Source of the DNA: Eledone cirrhosa
Taxonomy: Eukaryota
DNA length: 64,000 nt
NCBI GenBank assembly: GCA_964016885.1
Contig: OZ024754.1
Span: forward strand, 13,640,001-13,704,000
Direction: 5' to 3'
Each line of letters begins with the position of its first letter. Position 1 is the stretch's first letter. Below are positions 13,301 through 26,929 of this stretch, one piece after another. The translations under genes were made by a program, and so were the position numbers. The notes beneath the pieces were generated by a model. The model saw only the letters and a list, made by a program, of their open reading frames with translations. It had not been told where the DNA came from and made no database searches.

Positions 13301-14314
13301 ACACAGATATATACATATACACATTATAAGTTTTGCTAAAATTTAACAAATGTTTGAATCCATAGTGTTCAGTCTTTTTGTAGGGATAAGCAGAAAGGAG
13401 TTAAATAGGATGCTAGTCCATGGCAGCTCAACCTTCTCAGAAAACTCTGATATCTATTTCTGGCAGCTAGGTGAACTGAGAACAATATAGAATTAAATCC
13501 CTTGCCAAGAGAACACAGCCACAAACCTACAGTTAATGCAAACTAACTTGTTATCTGCTGGAAGCTGAGCTATTCCAATTCTACTGTTTTGACTAGGTTG
13601 ACTAGTGGAGATGCGTGGCTTGGTGGTTAGAGAAATGGACTTGCAATCATGAGGTTGCGAGTTTGATTCCCAGACCAGGCAACACGTTATGTCCTTGAGC
13701 AAGACACTGTATTATTTTACATGGCTCTTCCTGCCAAGAGTTGGCAGTGATAGATAGTATCAGCTATGGAAATACCAATGGGAACATTGTTTCCTTGGTC
13801 CGATTTGACGAGTTCCATCACACATGGTAAGCAAATGAGATCTGGGAACTTGACAATCATTTAAAAAGAAAATGGTCATCATTTATCAGGAACTATCCAC
13901 CCACAAGGATAAGCCCCATCGATTGGAATAGCTATTTCAATGCCTCTTCCTTGCTATCCTCTGGGGGAACCATTTTCTCTATTCTGTCCTCGACTCAGAC
14001 CATGGGGTAACATGCGTCTATTCTTCACATTGGAGAATATTCTCCCAGATTATCCAGGAATGTTCCATTGTTGTAGCAATGGTGATGGTCTGTGTATTAT
14101 TATTAGTTTTATTTCTATCATTATCATAGTAATAAGGGCAGAATTGTTCTGGCTCTTTACTTTCTGAGTTTGAAACATGCAGATGTCAGCTTTGCATTTC
14201 ATCCTCCAAGGCTCAATAAAATAAAGTGCCAGTCAAATACTGAGGTTGATATAATCAACTCTCCCCACCTACAAATTGCTGGCCTTGTGCCTAAATTAGC
14301 AGCCATTATATCAC

Positions 14315-14510
14315 ACTGTGGATTGGCAGTATCGGTAGAGGGTCGGACACCATGCTTTGAAGCATAGAGTTACCTCCCTTTATGATCTGGGTTCAAATCC
14401 TGCCGAAGTTAACTTTGCCTTTCATCCTTACAGGGTCGATAAAATAAAGTACCAGTAATACACTGGGATAATTGCTGGCCTTGTGGCAAAAGTAGAAACA
14501 ATTATTATCA
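14315..14510 (+). mobile_element. tRNA-derived SINE (family B)
   Basis: GGATTGGCAGTATCGGTAGAG..GTTCAAATCC..GCCTTTCATCCTTACAGGGTCGATAAAATAAAGTACCAG..GGCCTTGTG. More than 15 full or partial copies occur in the window. Confidence 0.8.
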
Positions 14511-14531
14511 CACTAATAAAAGTGTTAATAA

Positions 14532-14601
<70 letters not shown>

Positions 14602-14602
14602 G

Positions 14603-14800
14603 CACGAGGGTCAGCTGAAAGGTTTTATAGGCTGACTATGAAGAGGCTATGCTAGGGCTATGAAATCTTGCAGCAGTTAATTTCAACTCTTCTTATTAAT
14701 AACTGCACTGTTTCTTTCCAGGTATTCTGTTGAAAAATAAACCTCATTTGGTGATTCCATGAGAGTATCTTGGTTAGTCTATGAACTATTCAGCCGATCC

Positions 14801-14802
<2 letters not shown>
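14603..14802 (+). mobile_element. Internally deleted mariner derivative (MITE) of the 7472-8670 family
   Basis: Both ends match the 7472 element (CGAGGGTCAGCTGAAAGG..AGGCTGACTATGAAG; AAAAATAAACCTCATT..TAGTCTATGAACTATTCAGC). Confidence 0.8.
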
Positions 14803-14844
<42 letters not shown>

Positions 14845-15244
14845 AGAAAAAATATTTTCAACTACACACAATAAATTTTTTTATTGTATTTTTTTGTAGT
14901 TGTAATATCTTCTGACTTTAATTTAATTTTTGTCTTATTCATGAAGCCGAATATTTCCTTAAAATCTTTCCCCACTTCTAAAACATGTCTTTTAATAAAC
15001 AAGGAGACTATCATATTATTGTCTTCTACTTTTCTGTTCTATTAAAAGCTTTTTAGACTATGGCCATGCTGGGGCACCATCACCTTGGACTGTTATTAGT
15101 CGCTCAGTTCACCACACCGACCCCAACACACTCCACACATTGCCCTTATTTTATAGATCTCTATTTGGCAAAGGGCTAAGTTGTACTTTTTTGCATTGCA
15201 GGAATCAACTTAACACATCATTTAACACATCATTTAACACCAAT

Positions 15245-15533
15245 CAGTATATACAAACAGATATATATGTATATACATACATATCTATATATACATACAC
15301 ATACATATCTCTATATATATACATACAAATACATATATACATACAAATACATATCTATATATATACATACAAATACATATCTATATATATATACATACAA
15401 ATACATATCTATATATATATACATACAAATACATATCTATATATATATACATACAAATACATATCTATATATATATACATACAAATACATATCTATATAT
15501 ATATATATATACATACATACACACACACACACA

Positions 15534-15587
<54 letters not shown>

Positions 15588-15800
15588 CATACATACACAC
15601 ACACACACATCTATATATCTATATATATACACACATATCAATATATATATATATACATATCAATATATATATATCAATATATATATATATACATCAATAT
15701 ATATATATACATCAATATATATATATATATATATACATCAATATATATATATACATATCAATATATATATATATACATATCAATATATATATATATATAT

Positions 15801-15833
<33 letters not shown>

Positions 15834-15956
15834 TACATATCTATATATCTATATATATACACACACATATCAATATATATATACATATCAATATATATAT
15901 ATATATATACATATCAATATGTATATATATATATATATACATACATATACACATAC

Positions 15957-16046
<90 letters not shown>

Positions 16047-16050
16047 AATA
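15245..16050. repeat. (TA)/(CA) low-complexity repeat
   Basis: Direct reading. Confidence 0.9.
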
Positions 16051-16266
16051 GACTTCTGTACAGTTTCTAACTACCAAATTTCATTCACAAGGTATTGGTC
16101 AACTCATGTCTACATTAAAGACACCCAAAATGCTTCACAGTGGAGTGGGATTAAACCCAGACACCTTCAGCAACACATGTACATCATATGTTTGTTTGGA
16201 ATTTGTTTTCATGGAGTTTATTTCACTTTCTTTTCTTTTCTCTTTCATTATTTATCTTTTATATAA

Positions 16267-16462
16267 GGGCGGTGGATTGGCAGTATCGGTAGAGGGTCGG
16301 ATGCCATGCTTTGACGTATAGAGTTACGGCCCTTGCCATTCTGAGTTCAAATCCCGCCGAGGTTAACTTTGCCTTTCATCCTTACGGGGTCGATAAAATA
16401 AAGTACCAGTAATACACTGGGTAATTGCTGGCCTTGTGCCTAAAGTAGAAACAATTATTTAT
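16267..16462 (+). mobile_element. SINE family B, antisense to the gene and abutting its stop codon
   Basis: Full-length copy GGGCGGTGGATTGG...GAAACAATTATTTAT. Confidence 0.85.
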
Positions 16463-16847
16463 CTTTTATTTTGCAGCAGATAATCCATTTTCATTTTGAT
16501 GTAGTCTGACTTGAGTTTTATGAGACCCATACGGGCCTTGTGTTCAACACTGATCAGTCTTCGTTCCAAACGAATGTTCTTCATTTTCTCGACGTGTTCC
16601 GTCTTGCGTAGATCATCATGCAGCATGTCCTGGTCGTTGACCTTCTCAACAAGAACCGGCTCAACTGAAGATAAATCACCTCCATTGTCACTCTGAGCTG
16701 AGACGATGAGTGGGCCCGGCTGAGGAACTGCTAACACGCCGTTAAGATCATTGATATCACTGTTGTAGTTGATGGACGAAGTAAAGTTGACGGAGTTATT
16801 GATTTGATTGGGAAAACTTGGCGGTGTGTGTAACACTTTACCGAAAC
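16459..16847 (-). CDS. Last coding exon of the same Myb/SANT-like gene (C-terminal coiled-coil)
   Basis: Acceptor TTTCTGTTTTCTGATTCAG|GT is phase-1 compatible with the 29275 donor. It reads (G)FGKVLHTPP...LRKTEHVEKMKNIRLERRLISVEHKARMGLIKLKSDYIKMKMDYLLQNKR*, and the EH..KM/EH..RM helical tail is typical of this family. Joined CDS is 1965 nt (654 aa). Further small exons in the intron cannot be excluded. Confidence 0.75.
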
Positions 16848-16889
16848 CTGAATCAGAAAACAGAAATGGAAACATTAGCATACATAGAC

Positions 16890-17082
16890 AGCGGATTGAC
16901 AGTATCGGTAGAGGGTCTGACGCCATGCTTTGCAGCATTGGAGTTACGGCCCTTAATGGTCTGAGTTCAAATCCTGTTGAGGTTAAACTTTGCCTTTCAT
17001 CCTTATGGGGTTGATAAAATAAAGTACCAGTAATACACTGGGATAATTACTGGCCTTGTGCCAAATGTAGAAACAATTATTA
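16890..17082 (+). mobile_element. SINE family B, intronic
   Basis: Homologous to 16267-16462. Confidence 0.8.
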
Positions 17083-17149
17083 GTTCTGTCTTAAGGGTGT
17101 TGTGTAGTAGTGACAGTCCTTTATATTCAGAGTTCACAATTATATATAC

Positions 17150-17185
<36 letters not shown>

Positions 17186-17186
<1 letters not shown>

Positions 17187-17242
17187 TGAGATTCTACAGG
17201 ACTAGAACTGTTTCATTCTTTAGAAATCATCAGGAATCTCAT
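17186..17242 (-). ncRNA. Type I hammerhead ribozyme motif (Penelope-like-element type), intronic and sense to the host gene
   Basis: Minus strand reads AUGAGAUUC-CUGAUGA-UUUCUAAAGAAU-GAAA-CAG-UUCUAGUC-CUG-UA|GAAUCUCAU. It has a 9-bp stem I, an intact core, a 3-bp stem III and a GUA cleavage triplet. Stem II is weak (U-U, then UUC/GAA). Confidence 0.7.
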
Positions 17243-17401
17243 ATATATATATACGAAAAGATCCCATTAATGGAGAAAGCAGTGGATTCTTTGCTTAGAC
17301 TTTAATCTGTCATTTTAATAAATATTTGGTCTACAGTTTTATATATTTTATATATATATATTATCCTTATCAAGTACCTCTTCGGATTTTAGTCTTCACA
17401 T

Positions 17402-17432
<31 letters not shown>

Positions 17433-17545
17433 TGTATGTAAAAAGTAAACAGAAATAACAACACAATCGGTACAGTATATGGAAGGAATATATTAGGTTA
17501 ACGCTTGATATAGCAGGAAGAGGCTCTTAACGTTTCGGACATATA

Positions 17546-17891
17546 TCATCATCATCATCATCATTTCATTTTACGTCCGCTTTTTCCCTGCTTGCAAGGG
17601 TGGGACGGGAACTGATTCTGGCTTGATTTCTACAGCTGGATGCCCTTCCTAACACCAACCTCATTTACAGTGAGTGCTGGGTGCTTTTTTGCCGTGGCAC
17701 CTACACAACCACTTTACAGTGGAATGATATGGACCCCAGTCCCTATCATCTCATTTCTACAGCTGAGTAAACTGGAGCAATGTGAAATAAAGTGTCTTGC
17801 TCAAGGAAACAACACATCGCCTGGTCTGAGAATTGAACTCACAATCTTTCGATTGCAAGGCCAATGCTCTAACCACTAAGCCACGTGCCTC
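17546..17891 (-). mobile_element. SINE family A
   Basis: Near-identical to 4172-4504. Confidence 0.8.
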
Positions 17892-18158
17892 TGTATATAC
17901 ATGAAGAAAAAATGGGTATATTTTTGTCTATTATTTTCTTGCATTTATAATTTGATATCTGTGCGCGTGTGTGTGTGTGTGTGTGTAATATGTATGTATA
18001 AAGTTGTCCTCTAGTATTTGCAGAGGTTACGTTTCTAGAGCACCTTGAATATTGGACGTAGTCCATAAAAATGGCTACAAACATCAAAACATAACGTAAG
18101 ATATAGGCCGGCAAATACAATATATTGTTATTAATAATTCAGCATTAAAAGCAAGAAA

Positions 18159-18204
<46 letters not shown>

Positions 18205-18403
18205 CCATAAAATCGCAGAAGATATTTACGATTCTGCGTTCCATGAACAATTATTAGTTAGGCTCTAAGGAAAATTCCGCGAATAACCCAGACAGCAAAT
18301 GCAGGGAGTACACTGTATATATGTAATGACATATTTGTTTAGCTTTTTTACAGTTTTACATGTATTTTCTTTGTCCGCATGGGTTGGGCTTTCCAAATTA
18401 GGA

Positions 18404-18744
18404 TCATCATTTCATCATCATTTCATTTTTACGTCCGCTTTTCCCTGCTTGCAAGGGTGGGACGGGAACTGATTCTGGCTTGATTTCTACAGCTGGATGC
18501 CCTTCCTAACACCAACCTCATTTACAGTGAGTGCTGGGTGCTTTTTTGCCGTGGCACCTCCACGACCACTTTGTAGTGGAATGATAGGGACCCCAGTCCC
18601 TATCATCTCATTTCTACAGCTGAGTAAACTGGAGCAATGTGAAATAAAGTGTCTTGCTCAAGGAAACAACACGTCACCCGGTCTGAGAATTGAACTCACA
18701 ACCTTTCGATTGCAAGGCCAATGCTCTAACCACTAAGCCATGTG
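18404..18744 (-). mobile_element. SINE family A
   Basis: Near-identical to 17546-17891; followed by a family B copy at ~18765-18975. Confidence 0.8.
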
Positions 18745-19604
18745 TATATTGTGAGAAGAGTGTGGTGGATTGCCAAAATTGGTAGAGCACTGGACAAAAT
18801 GCTTTGTGGCATAGTTATAGGTCTTTACATTCTGAGTTCAAATCTCACCAAAATCAGCTTTGCCTTTCATCCTTCCAAAGTTGATAAAATACAGTACCAG
18901 TAAACTACTGGGGTTGATTTAATCAATTTTTCCCTTCCTTCTAATTTGTTGGCCTTGTGCCTAAATCAGAAATCAACATATATTGTGAGAAGAATTATAT
19001 GAGAACTGCTAAGCACATACTTACTGGACTGTGATAAAATGAGTATAACTTGTCATTAGTTGGACAGAGTTATAAGACAATGTCATAGCAACAGTGTTTT
19101 TTCATTTTGTTTTTTAATGGCTTTCAAAATGAAGGAGAGGAGGTATGGCCCTAGGGACTGTTGGGAGTCAGGTCCAAAACTTTCAATAAACACAGTGGCC
19201 TATTGGTGGTGGTGGTATTAAAGTAAACAAGAAATTAAGTCTACCACCAAAGACAGACTTCAATACATTTTCTGTTTACTGTACTTTACCCATAAAAATT
19301 GTCTTCACCCGAAAGTATAGCAGAAAATAAGTGCTTAGGGTGTCACATAGTTGGACTGAGTTTGAAACCATGTGATATATTTTAACCATACCAGTTTGAA
19401 CTCACTAGGTTACCATTAACCCTTTTGACACCAAAGTGCCTGAAACAACTCCTGGTTCTATGATATTAAATTATAATAATAATAATGAAATTATTGTGTA
19501 CAGTGCTCAGGTGCACTACAACTCATCAAAGGTACATGTATAGTACATAGAATAATGTACAAATGTCAGGAAAGTGAACAGTGTATGAGTCATAATATAC
19601 ATGT

Positions 19605-19635
<31 letters not shown>

Positions 19636-19851
19636 GAGAGAGAGGATATCAGGTGTAGTGTTGGCGAATTTCAGGAAGCATGGAGTGTCTCAGCAGCTAT
19701 TACCTGATGCAGATAGTTTGTTCCATGCTTCAGCAACTCTGAGCATGAGAAAATGTTTCTGAAAGTCATGGGAGCTGTGCTGTTTTCTGACTTTGTAGGC
19801 ATGCCCACGTGTTTACGTAGCTGATCTCTTCGACTGAGAATATAGAACTAA

Positions 19852-20102
19852 TATAAAGGATAATGTGCTCATGTGCAGAGATGCTATAAAATAGAGTGAA
19901 GGCACTTAAAAACTGGAAAAAGCAGTTACCATCAGTTGCTATGAGGAATTGAACTCCATATGTACCAGATACTAGCTAGGTATCTAGGATATATGGAGTT
20001 CAATTCCTCATAGCAAGCAATGGCAACTGCTTTTTCCAGCTTTTAAGAGTCTTCACCCTAGTTTAGCACATCTCTACACATAAGCAAATCATCCTTTACA
20101 TT
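19852..20102. mobile_element. Palindromic MITE-like element
   Basis: Imperfect ~120-bp arms centred at ~19975 (TTGCTATGAGGAATTGAACTCCATA / TATGGAGTTCAATTCCTCATAGCAA). A related copy at ~25723-26165 is interrupted by a piggyBac-type MITE. Confidence 0.7.
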
Positions 20103-21171
20103 AACAATAAACTGGTTATCACTATCATTTACTGCCCACTTTCTCAGGAGAAAGAAGGAGAGGAGGAAAGAGAGTGAGAGAGACCCACAGGAATCTGGGT
20201 GAGATGTTTGACTACATCTTAAATGCTTGACATCAACTCTACAACTCTTTGCTTTGACTCTGCAAGCTGGCAATTTATCTGTATTGCTCATTGCTTCCAG
20301 AATAAGTAGATGGCAGCTTCCATCTCAAAATGTAGACCTAGTGACGTCTAAAAAACAATTACAATAGAAATTTATCTACGAGGCCACAGACGGTCAACTT
20401 TTTAGTGGCTGCTTGATAGTACGAAAGAAAAGCTATTGAAGGGAGTATGGAATAACTGCTACAGTAGTTCTCCACTAGATTGAAACAGGAGTATTGATCG
20501 AAAATTGAAGAGGTAGCAGAATTTGATTGCAGGGGTATGCCCCCGAAAAATGCAGAATTGAGATGGCTGGCTGCATATCTGTCAGTTTGAAACTAATTTC
20601 GCTGTAAAAGCAGTGGCAGCTTTGTCGCATATATATATATGCAGTCATACCTACGTCAAGGTGGTTATGTCCGAAAGCTTATTCCATAATGACAAAACCA
20701 GTTCAGTATGAAAGGATATGGAAGAATCATCTTGGGAATTCCACATAAATCAAGGACATAGCTTCCATGCGCAGTGTGTAACGATGAAATATCATATATA
20801 CATGCGTATATATATACATATATATATATATTAAAATAACAAATTAAAGTTTAAGCAAAGAATCGCTGCTTTCACCCTTAACGGGATCTTCTGATCAAAC
20901 CCTCTTCGGATTTTAGTCTTCACATTTATTATTATTATATATATATATATATATATATATAGTGACGAAACATAAGTCAATTGTATGAACTCATAATCCT
21001 TTATTTACTGCTATATAGCCATTGAATGGCTATGACCTCATCAGGCAGTCAGTCAGTTCTTAGATATGCCAGCTCTGTGTTTATAGTGTTGATGGTATCA
21101 GAGCCTTGGGACATATATATATATAGTGTATTATAAAATATATTAGTGTGTATAAAGTATATCATGGAATA

Positions 21172-24100
21172 TACTGATAGAAATATAGTGTTATAGGATG
21201 TAGTGATAGAAATATAGTGTTATAGGATATAGTGATAGAAATATAGTGTTATATGATATAGTGATAGAAATATAGTGTTATAGGATGTAGTGATAGAAAT
21301 ATAGTGTTATATGATATAGTGATAGAAATATAGTGTTATAGGATGTAGTGATAGAAATATAGTGTTATATGATATAGTGATAGAAATATAGTGTTATAGG
21401 ATGTAGTGATAGAAATTTAGTGTTATAGGATATAGTGATAGAAATATAGTGTTATAGGATATAGTGATAGAAATATAGTGTTATAGGATGTAGTGATAGA
21501 AATATAGTGTTATAGGATATAGTGATAGAAATATAGTGTTATAGGATATAGTGATAGAAATATAGTGTTATATGATATAGTGATAGAAATATAGTGTTAT
21601 AGGATGTAGTGATAGAAATATAGTGTTATAGGATATAGTGATAGAAATATAGTGTTATAGGATATAGTGATAGAAATATAGTGTTATAGGATGTAGTGAT
21701 AGAAATATAGTGTTATAGGATATAGTGATAGAAATATAGTGTTATAGGATATAGTGATAGAAATATAGTGTTATATGATATAGTGATAGAAATATAGTGT
21801 TATAGGATGTAGTGATAGAAATATAGTGTTATAGGATATAGTGATAGAAATATAGTGTTATAGGATATAGTGATAGAAATATAGTGTTATAGGATGTAGT
21901 GATAGAAATATAGTGTTATAGGATGTAGTGATAGAAATATAGTGTTATAGGATATAGTGATAGAAATATAGTGTTATAGGATATAGTGATAGAAATATAG
22001 TGTTATAGGATATAGTGATAGAAATATAGTGTTATAGGATATAGTGATAGAAATATAGTGTTGTAGGATATAGTGATAGAAATATAGTGTTATAGGATAT
22101 AGTGATAGAAATATAGTGTTATAGGATATAGTGATAGAAATATAGTGTTGTAGGATATAGTGATAGAAATATAGTGTTATAGGATATAGTGATAGAAATA
22201 TAGTGTTATAGGATATAGTGATAGAAATATAGTGTTATAGGATATAGTGATAGAAATATAGTGTTATATGATATAGTGATAGAAATATAGTGTTATATGA
22301 TATAGTGATAGAAATATAGTGTTATATGATATAGTGATAGAAATATAGTGTTATAGGATATAGTGATAGAAATATAGTGTTATAGGATATAGTGATAGAA
22401 ATATAGTGTTATAGGATATAGTGATAGAAATATAGTGTTATAGGATATAGTGATAGAAATATAGTGTTATATGATATAGTGGTAGAAATATAGTGTTATA
22501 GGATATAGTGATAGAAATATAGTGTTATAGGATATAGTGATAGAAATAGTGTTATAGGATATAGTGATAGAAATATAGTGTTATATGATATAGTGATAGA
22601 AATATAGTGTTATATGATATAGTGATAGAAATATAGTGTTATAGGATATAGTGGTAGAAATATAGTGTTATAGGATATAGTGGTAGAAATATAGTGTTAT
22701 ATGATATAGTGGTAGAAATATAGTGTTATAGGATATAGTGATAGAAATATAGTGTTATATGATATAGTGATAGAAATATAGTGTTATATGATATAGTGAT
22801 AGAAATATAGTGTTATAGGATATAGTGATAGAAATATAGTGTTATATGATATAGTGATAGAAATATAGTGTTATAGGATATAGTGATAGAAATATAGTGT
22901 TATAGGATATAGTGATAGAAATATAGTGTTATAGGATATAGTGATAGAAATATAGTGTTATAGGATATAGTGATAGAAATATAGTGTTATAGGATATAGT
23001 GATAGAAATATAGTGTTGTAGGATATAGTGATAGAAATATAGTGTTATAGGATATAGTGATAGAAATATAGTGTTATAGGATGTAGTGATAGAAATATAG
23101 TGTTGTAGGATATAGTGATAGAAATATAGTGTTATAGGATATAGTGGTAGAAATATAGTGTTATAGGATATAGTGATAGAAATATAGTGTTATAGGATGT
23201 AGTGATAGAAATAGTGTTATAGGATATAGTGATAGAAATAGTGTTATAGGATATGGTGGTAGAAATATAGTGTTATAGGATATAGTGATAGAAATAGTGT
23301 TATAGGATATAGTGATAGAAATAGTGTTATAGGATATAGTGATAGAAATAGTGTTATAGGATATAGTGATAGAAATATAGTGTTATAGGATATAGTGATA
23401 GAAATATAGTGTTATAGGATATAGTGATAGAAATAGTGTTATAGGATATAGTGATAGAAATAGTGTTATAGGATATAGTGATAGAAATATAGTGTTATAG
23501 GATATAGTGATAGAAATATAGTGTTATAGGATATAGTGATAGAAATATAGTGTTGTAGGATATAGTGGTAGAAATATAGTGTTATAGGATATATTGATAG
23601 AAATATAGTGTTATATGATATAGTGATAGAAATATAGTGTTATAGGATATAGTGATAGAAATATAGTGATAGAAATATAGTGTTATAGGATATAGTGATA
23701 GAAATATAGTGTTATAGGATATAGTGATAGAAATATAGTGATAGAAATATAGTGTTATAGGATATAGTGATAGAAATATAGTGTTATAGGATATAATGAT
23801 AGAAATATAGTGTTATAGGATATAGTGATAGAAATATAGTGTTATAGGATATATTGATAGAAATATAGTGTTATAGGATATAGTGGTAGAAATATAGTGT
23901 TATAGGATATAGTGGTAGAAATATAGTGTTGTAGGATATAGTGATAGAAATAGTGTTATAGGATATAGTGATAGAAATAGTGTTATAGGATATAGTGATA
24001 GAAATATAGTGTTATAGGATATATTGATAGAAATATAGTGTTATAGGATGTAATGATAGAAATATAGTGTTATAGGATATATTGATAGAAATATAGTGTT

Positions 24101-24465
24101 ATAGGATATGGTGGTAGAAATATAGTGTTATAGGATATAGTGATAGAAATATAGTGTTATAGGATATAGTGATAGAAATATAGTGTTATAGGATATAGTG
24201 ATAGAAATATAGTGTTATAGGATATAGTGATAGAAATATAGTGTTATAGGATATAGTGATAGAAATATAGTGTTATAGGATATAGTGATAGAAATATAGT
24301 GTTATAGGATATAGTGATAGAAATATAGTGTTATATGATATAGTGGTAGAAATATAGTGTTATAGGATATGGTGATAGAAATATAGTGTTATAGGATATA
24401 GTGATAGAAATATAGTGTTATAGGATATAGTGATAGAAATATAGTGTTATAGGATATAGTGATAT
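21172..24465. repeat. 29-bp satellite AGTGATAGAAATATAGTGTTATAGGATAT, roughly 110 copies, intronic
   Basis: Direct reading; single-base variants and 27-bp deletion variants are present. Confidence 0.97.
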
Positions 24466-25791
24466 AGGTCACACAAGAAACTGAGGCCACCAGAAGACCA
24501 GTTGGTGAGACGACCTTGAGAAAATTGAGAAATTTCGCCCACGAAAGACTCAGGATTGGCAAAGATTGTGCAGCTCGGGGAAGGTCTATGTTTAACAATG
24601 GACTTTCCAAGGTTGAAGATGAGATGATGATATATTGTATAAAGGTGTATGATATTGTACAAAGGTATATGATATCTATAAAGATGTATTATATTTATAT
24701 GGGTGTATATTGTATAAAGGGGTATATGAAGGTACATATAATTTGTCTATGTATAATAAACATACAAGAGACTTGTTATGAATGTTTAGAGCTGTGATCA
24801 TGTCACAACATTCCATTAATTGATGTAGCTGTTCTGTAAACAGCCATATCCGCAAGGAATGTTCACCTGCAATTGACGGGTATCACATTCAAGAGGAGGT
24901 CATCTCCCACCTTATGGATATCTTAAAACTAGAGCTACAGGAAACCACTAACCCTTTTGATACTAAACTGTCTCTGATTCTATGAAACAAGACCACCCAT
25001 TTGAAAGGATTCCAATTTGAATTAAAACATTCCAACAAAATGTTATATAAGAACTTTTGTTAATTTATATTTCAAATATGATCATAAAAATGATTTCTAA
25101 TTTAGACTTAAGGCCAGCAAATTTTGGAGAAGTGAGAAGTTGATTAAATCAACTCCAGTATTTGACTAATTGTTTATCAACCCCAGAAGGATGATAGGCA
25201 AAATTGACCTTGGTAAGATTTGAATGTAGAGGGTCATAATTATATGCCACAAAGCATTTTGTCTGACTCTCTACCAATACTGCCAATCCACATAATGAAA
25301 CAATAAAATTAAGCAAAATAGAGTGTATTTTATTAGGAATATTGTAAGGAAAGTGTTAACTGATATTTTTACAAGACACATAACTCTGAAATAACTCAAC
25401 CGTTCAAAGTTCAAAAAATAGATATCAAAGAGAGTAAGGAACAACTCTCTACGGTAAGCAGTAGAAGCACTATAAATTTGACAAGTGTCTCTTTAGTTTG
25501 TGTTGCTGAGTTCAACTCCTCCAGTGGATATAGTTCAAGAAGGAGTTGAATGCCACTAGATACTTCTAAACAACGTGTTACTCAGCCAATGACAGATACT
25601 TCTGATTGCCCAAATTTAAATATCAGACTCAATCATCTAACAGTGGATCAGCGGGTGGATCAAATAAAGAACCAAGGAAGAAGGAAGATCTCAGAGGCAG
25701 TCAAAGGAATAAATATTTTTTCTAATATAAAGAGAGGTGTACTCATGTACAGAGATGCTATAAAATAGCTTATAAAATGAGGTAAAGACAC

Positions 25792-26015
25792 TTAATCGTT
25801 TATCATTTAAACCGGCCATATCTGGCCAGAATTCTCTCACCTCTTTCTGTTCAAACCATCTGTAACTGTTCACTCATACTAATGTTAAGGTATTATTCTC
25901 AAAATAAATAATATTAAAATCTCATAGATTCAATATTTTGTGAAATAATTATGTGAGATAAAGCCTTTACCACAAAAATACAATAGTATAGAGTAATGTA
26001 AATGCTAAAAGTTAA
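25792..26015 (+). mobile_element. piggyBac-type MITE (older copy) nested in a palindromic MITE
   Basis: Flanked by TTAA on both sides; internal sequence matches 53972-54177. Confidence 0.7.
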
Positions 26016-26222
26016 AGATGGAAAAAGAAATTGCCATTGGCTGCTACAAGGTTTGTTTCCTCATAATGGATAATGGTAACTTCTTTTACTATCTTTAAGG
26101 GTCTTCACCCTATTTTATAAGCTTTTTATAGCATCTCTGTGCATGAGCATACCACTCTTTATATTGACTTTATCCCCTCAGCACTTCGTAAAAGTCTGCT
26201 ACGTATACACGATGTTTGTTAA

Positions 26223-26393
26223 ATACCTTATTTCCCGGCACCGAAGACGCTTCATCCTCGAGGACCCACCCTAATTTTGACAACCAAAAATTTGAAAAAA
26301 AATAATAAACAACCTTCGGCCTCCAGGACACATGGTAGATTTTTTAGGCTTATTTTAGGAAAAAAGTAACGTCTTCGACACTGGGAAATATGG
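26223..26393. mobile_element. Short TIR element (Tc2/pogo-like MITE)
   Basis: TACCTTATTTCCCGGCACCGAAGACG ... CGTCTTCGACACTGGGAAATATGGT imperfect inverted ends. Confidence 0.5.
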
Positions 26394-26929
26394 TGAGTGC
26401 TTTTTAAAATCATTTAATCAGGAGACAGGAAGTGTTTAGGATTGCAAGGCAGTTAGAGAGAGAAAGAAAGATGTGATGTGACAGGGGTGATCTGTTTGAA
26501 GGATGAAGTGGAAGAAATTGTTGTAGACTGAAATAAGAGTTGTGGGGAGATAAGTTAAAGGCAGCAGGAAGTTGGGGTATGAAGAGGATAAGACTGCATT
26601 CCAGTGGGTTGGGCATTGAGTACTCTCATCTTTCTGTATAATGGGAAAGGTAATCCTCTAGAATGTGATCCATATGGAGCAACTGAGATTTTGAAATGGA
26701 ATAAAAGTTTTGGAAAGAGTGTCGGAAAAAAAAGGGTAAGGAGAAAAAGTGAAAAGAGGTAAAATGAACAGGATTGACATGGGTTGGAAGTGATATCACA
26801 ACTGGTGGGTGTAAAATCAGTCAGCTGGAATTTGCAGATGACTTGAGGTTACTTAACTTGAGAAAACGTGATCTCAAACTTGATAATGAACAGGGGAGGT
26901 GACAGTACACACCCTTGACAGAGTCTGAC

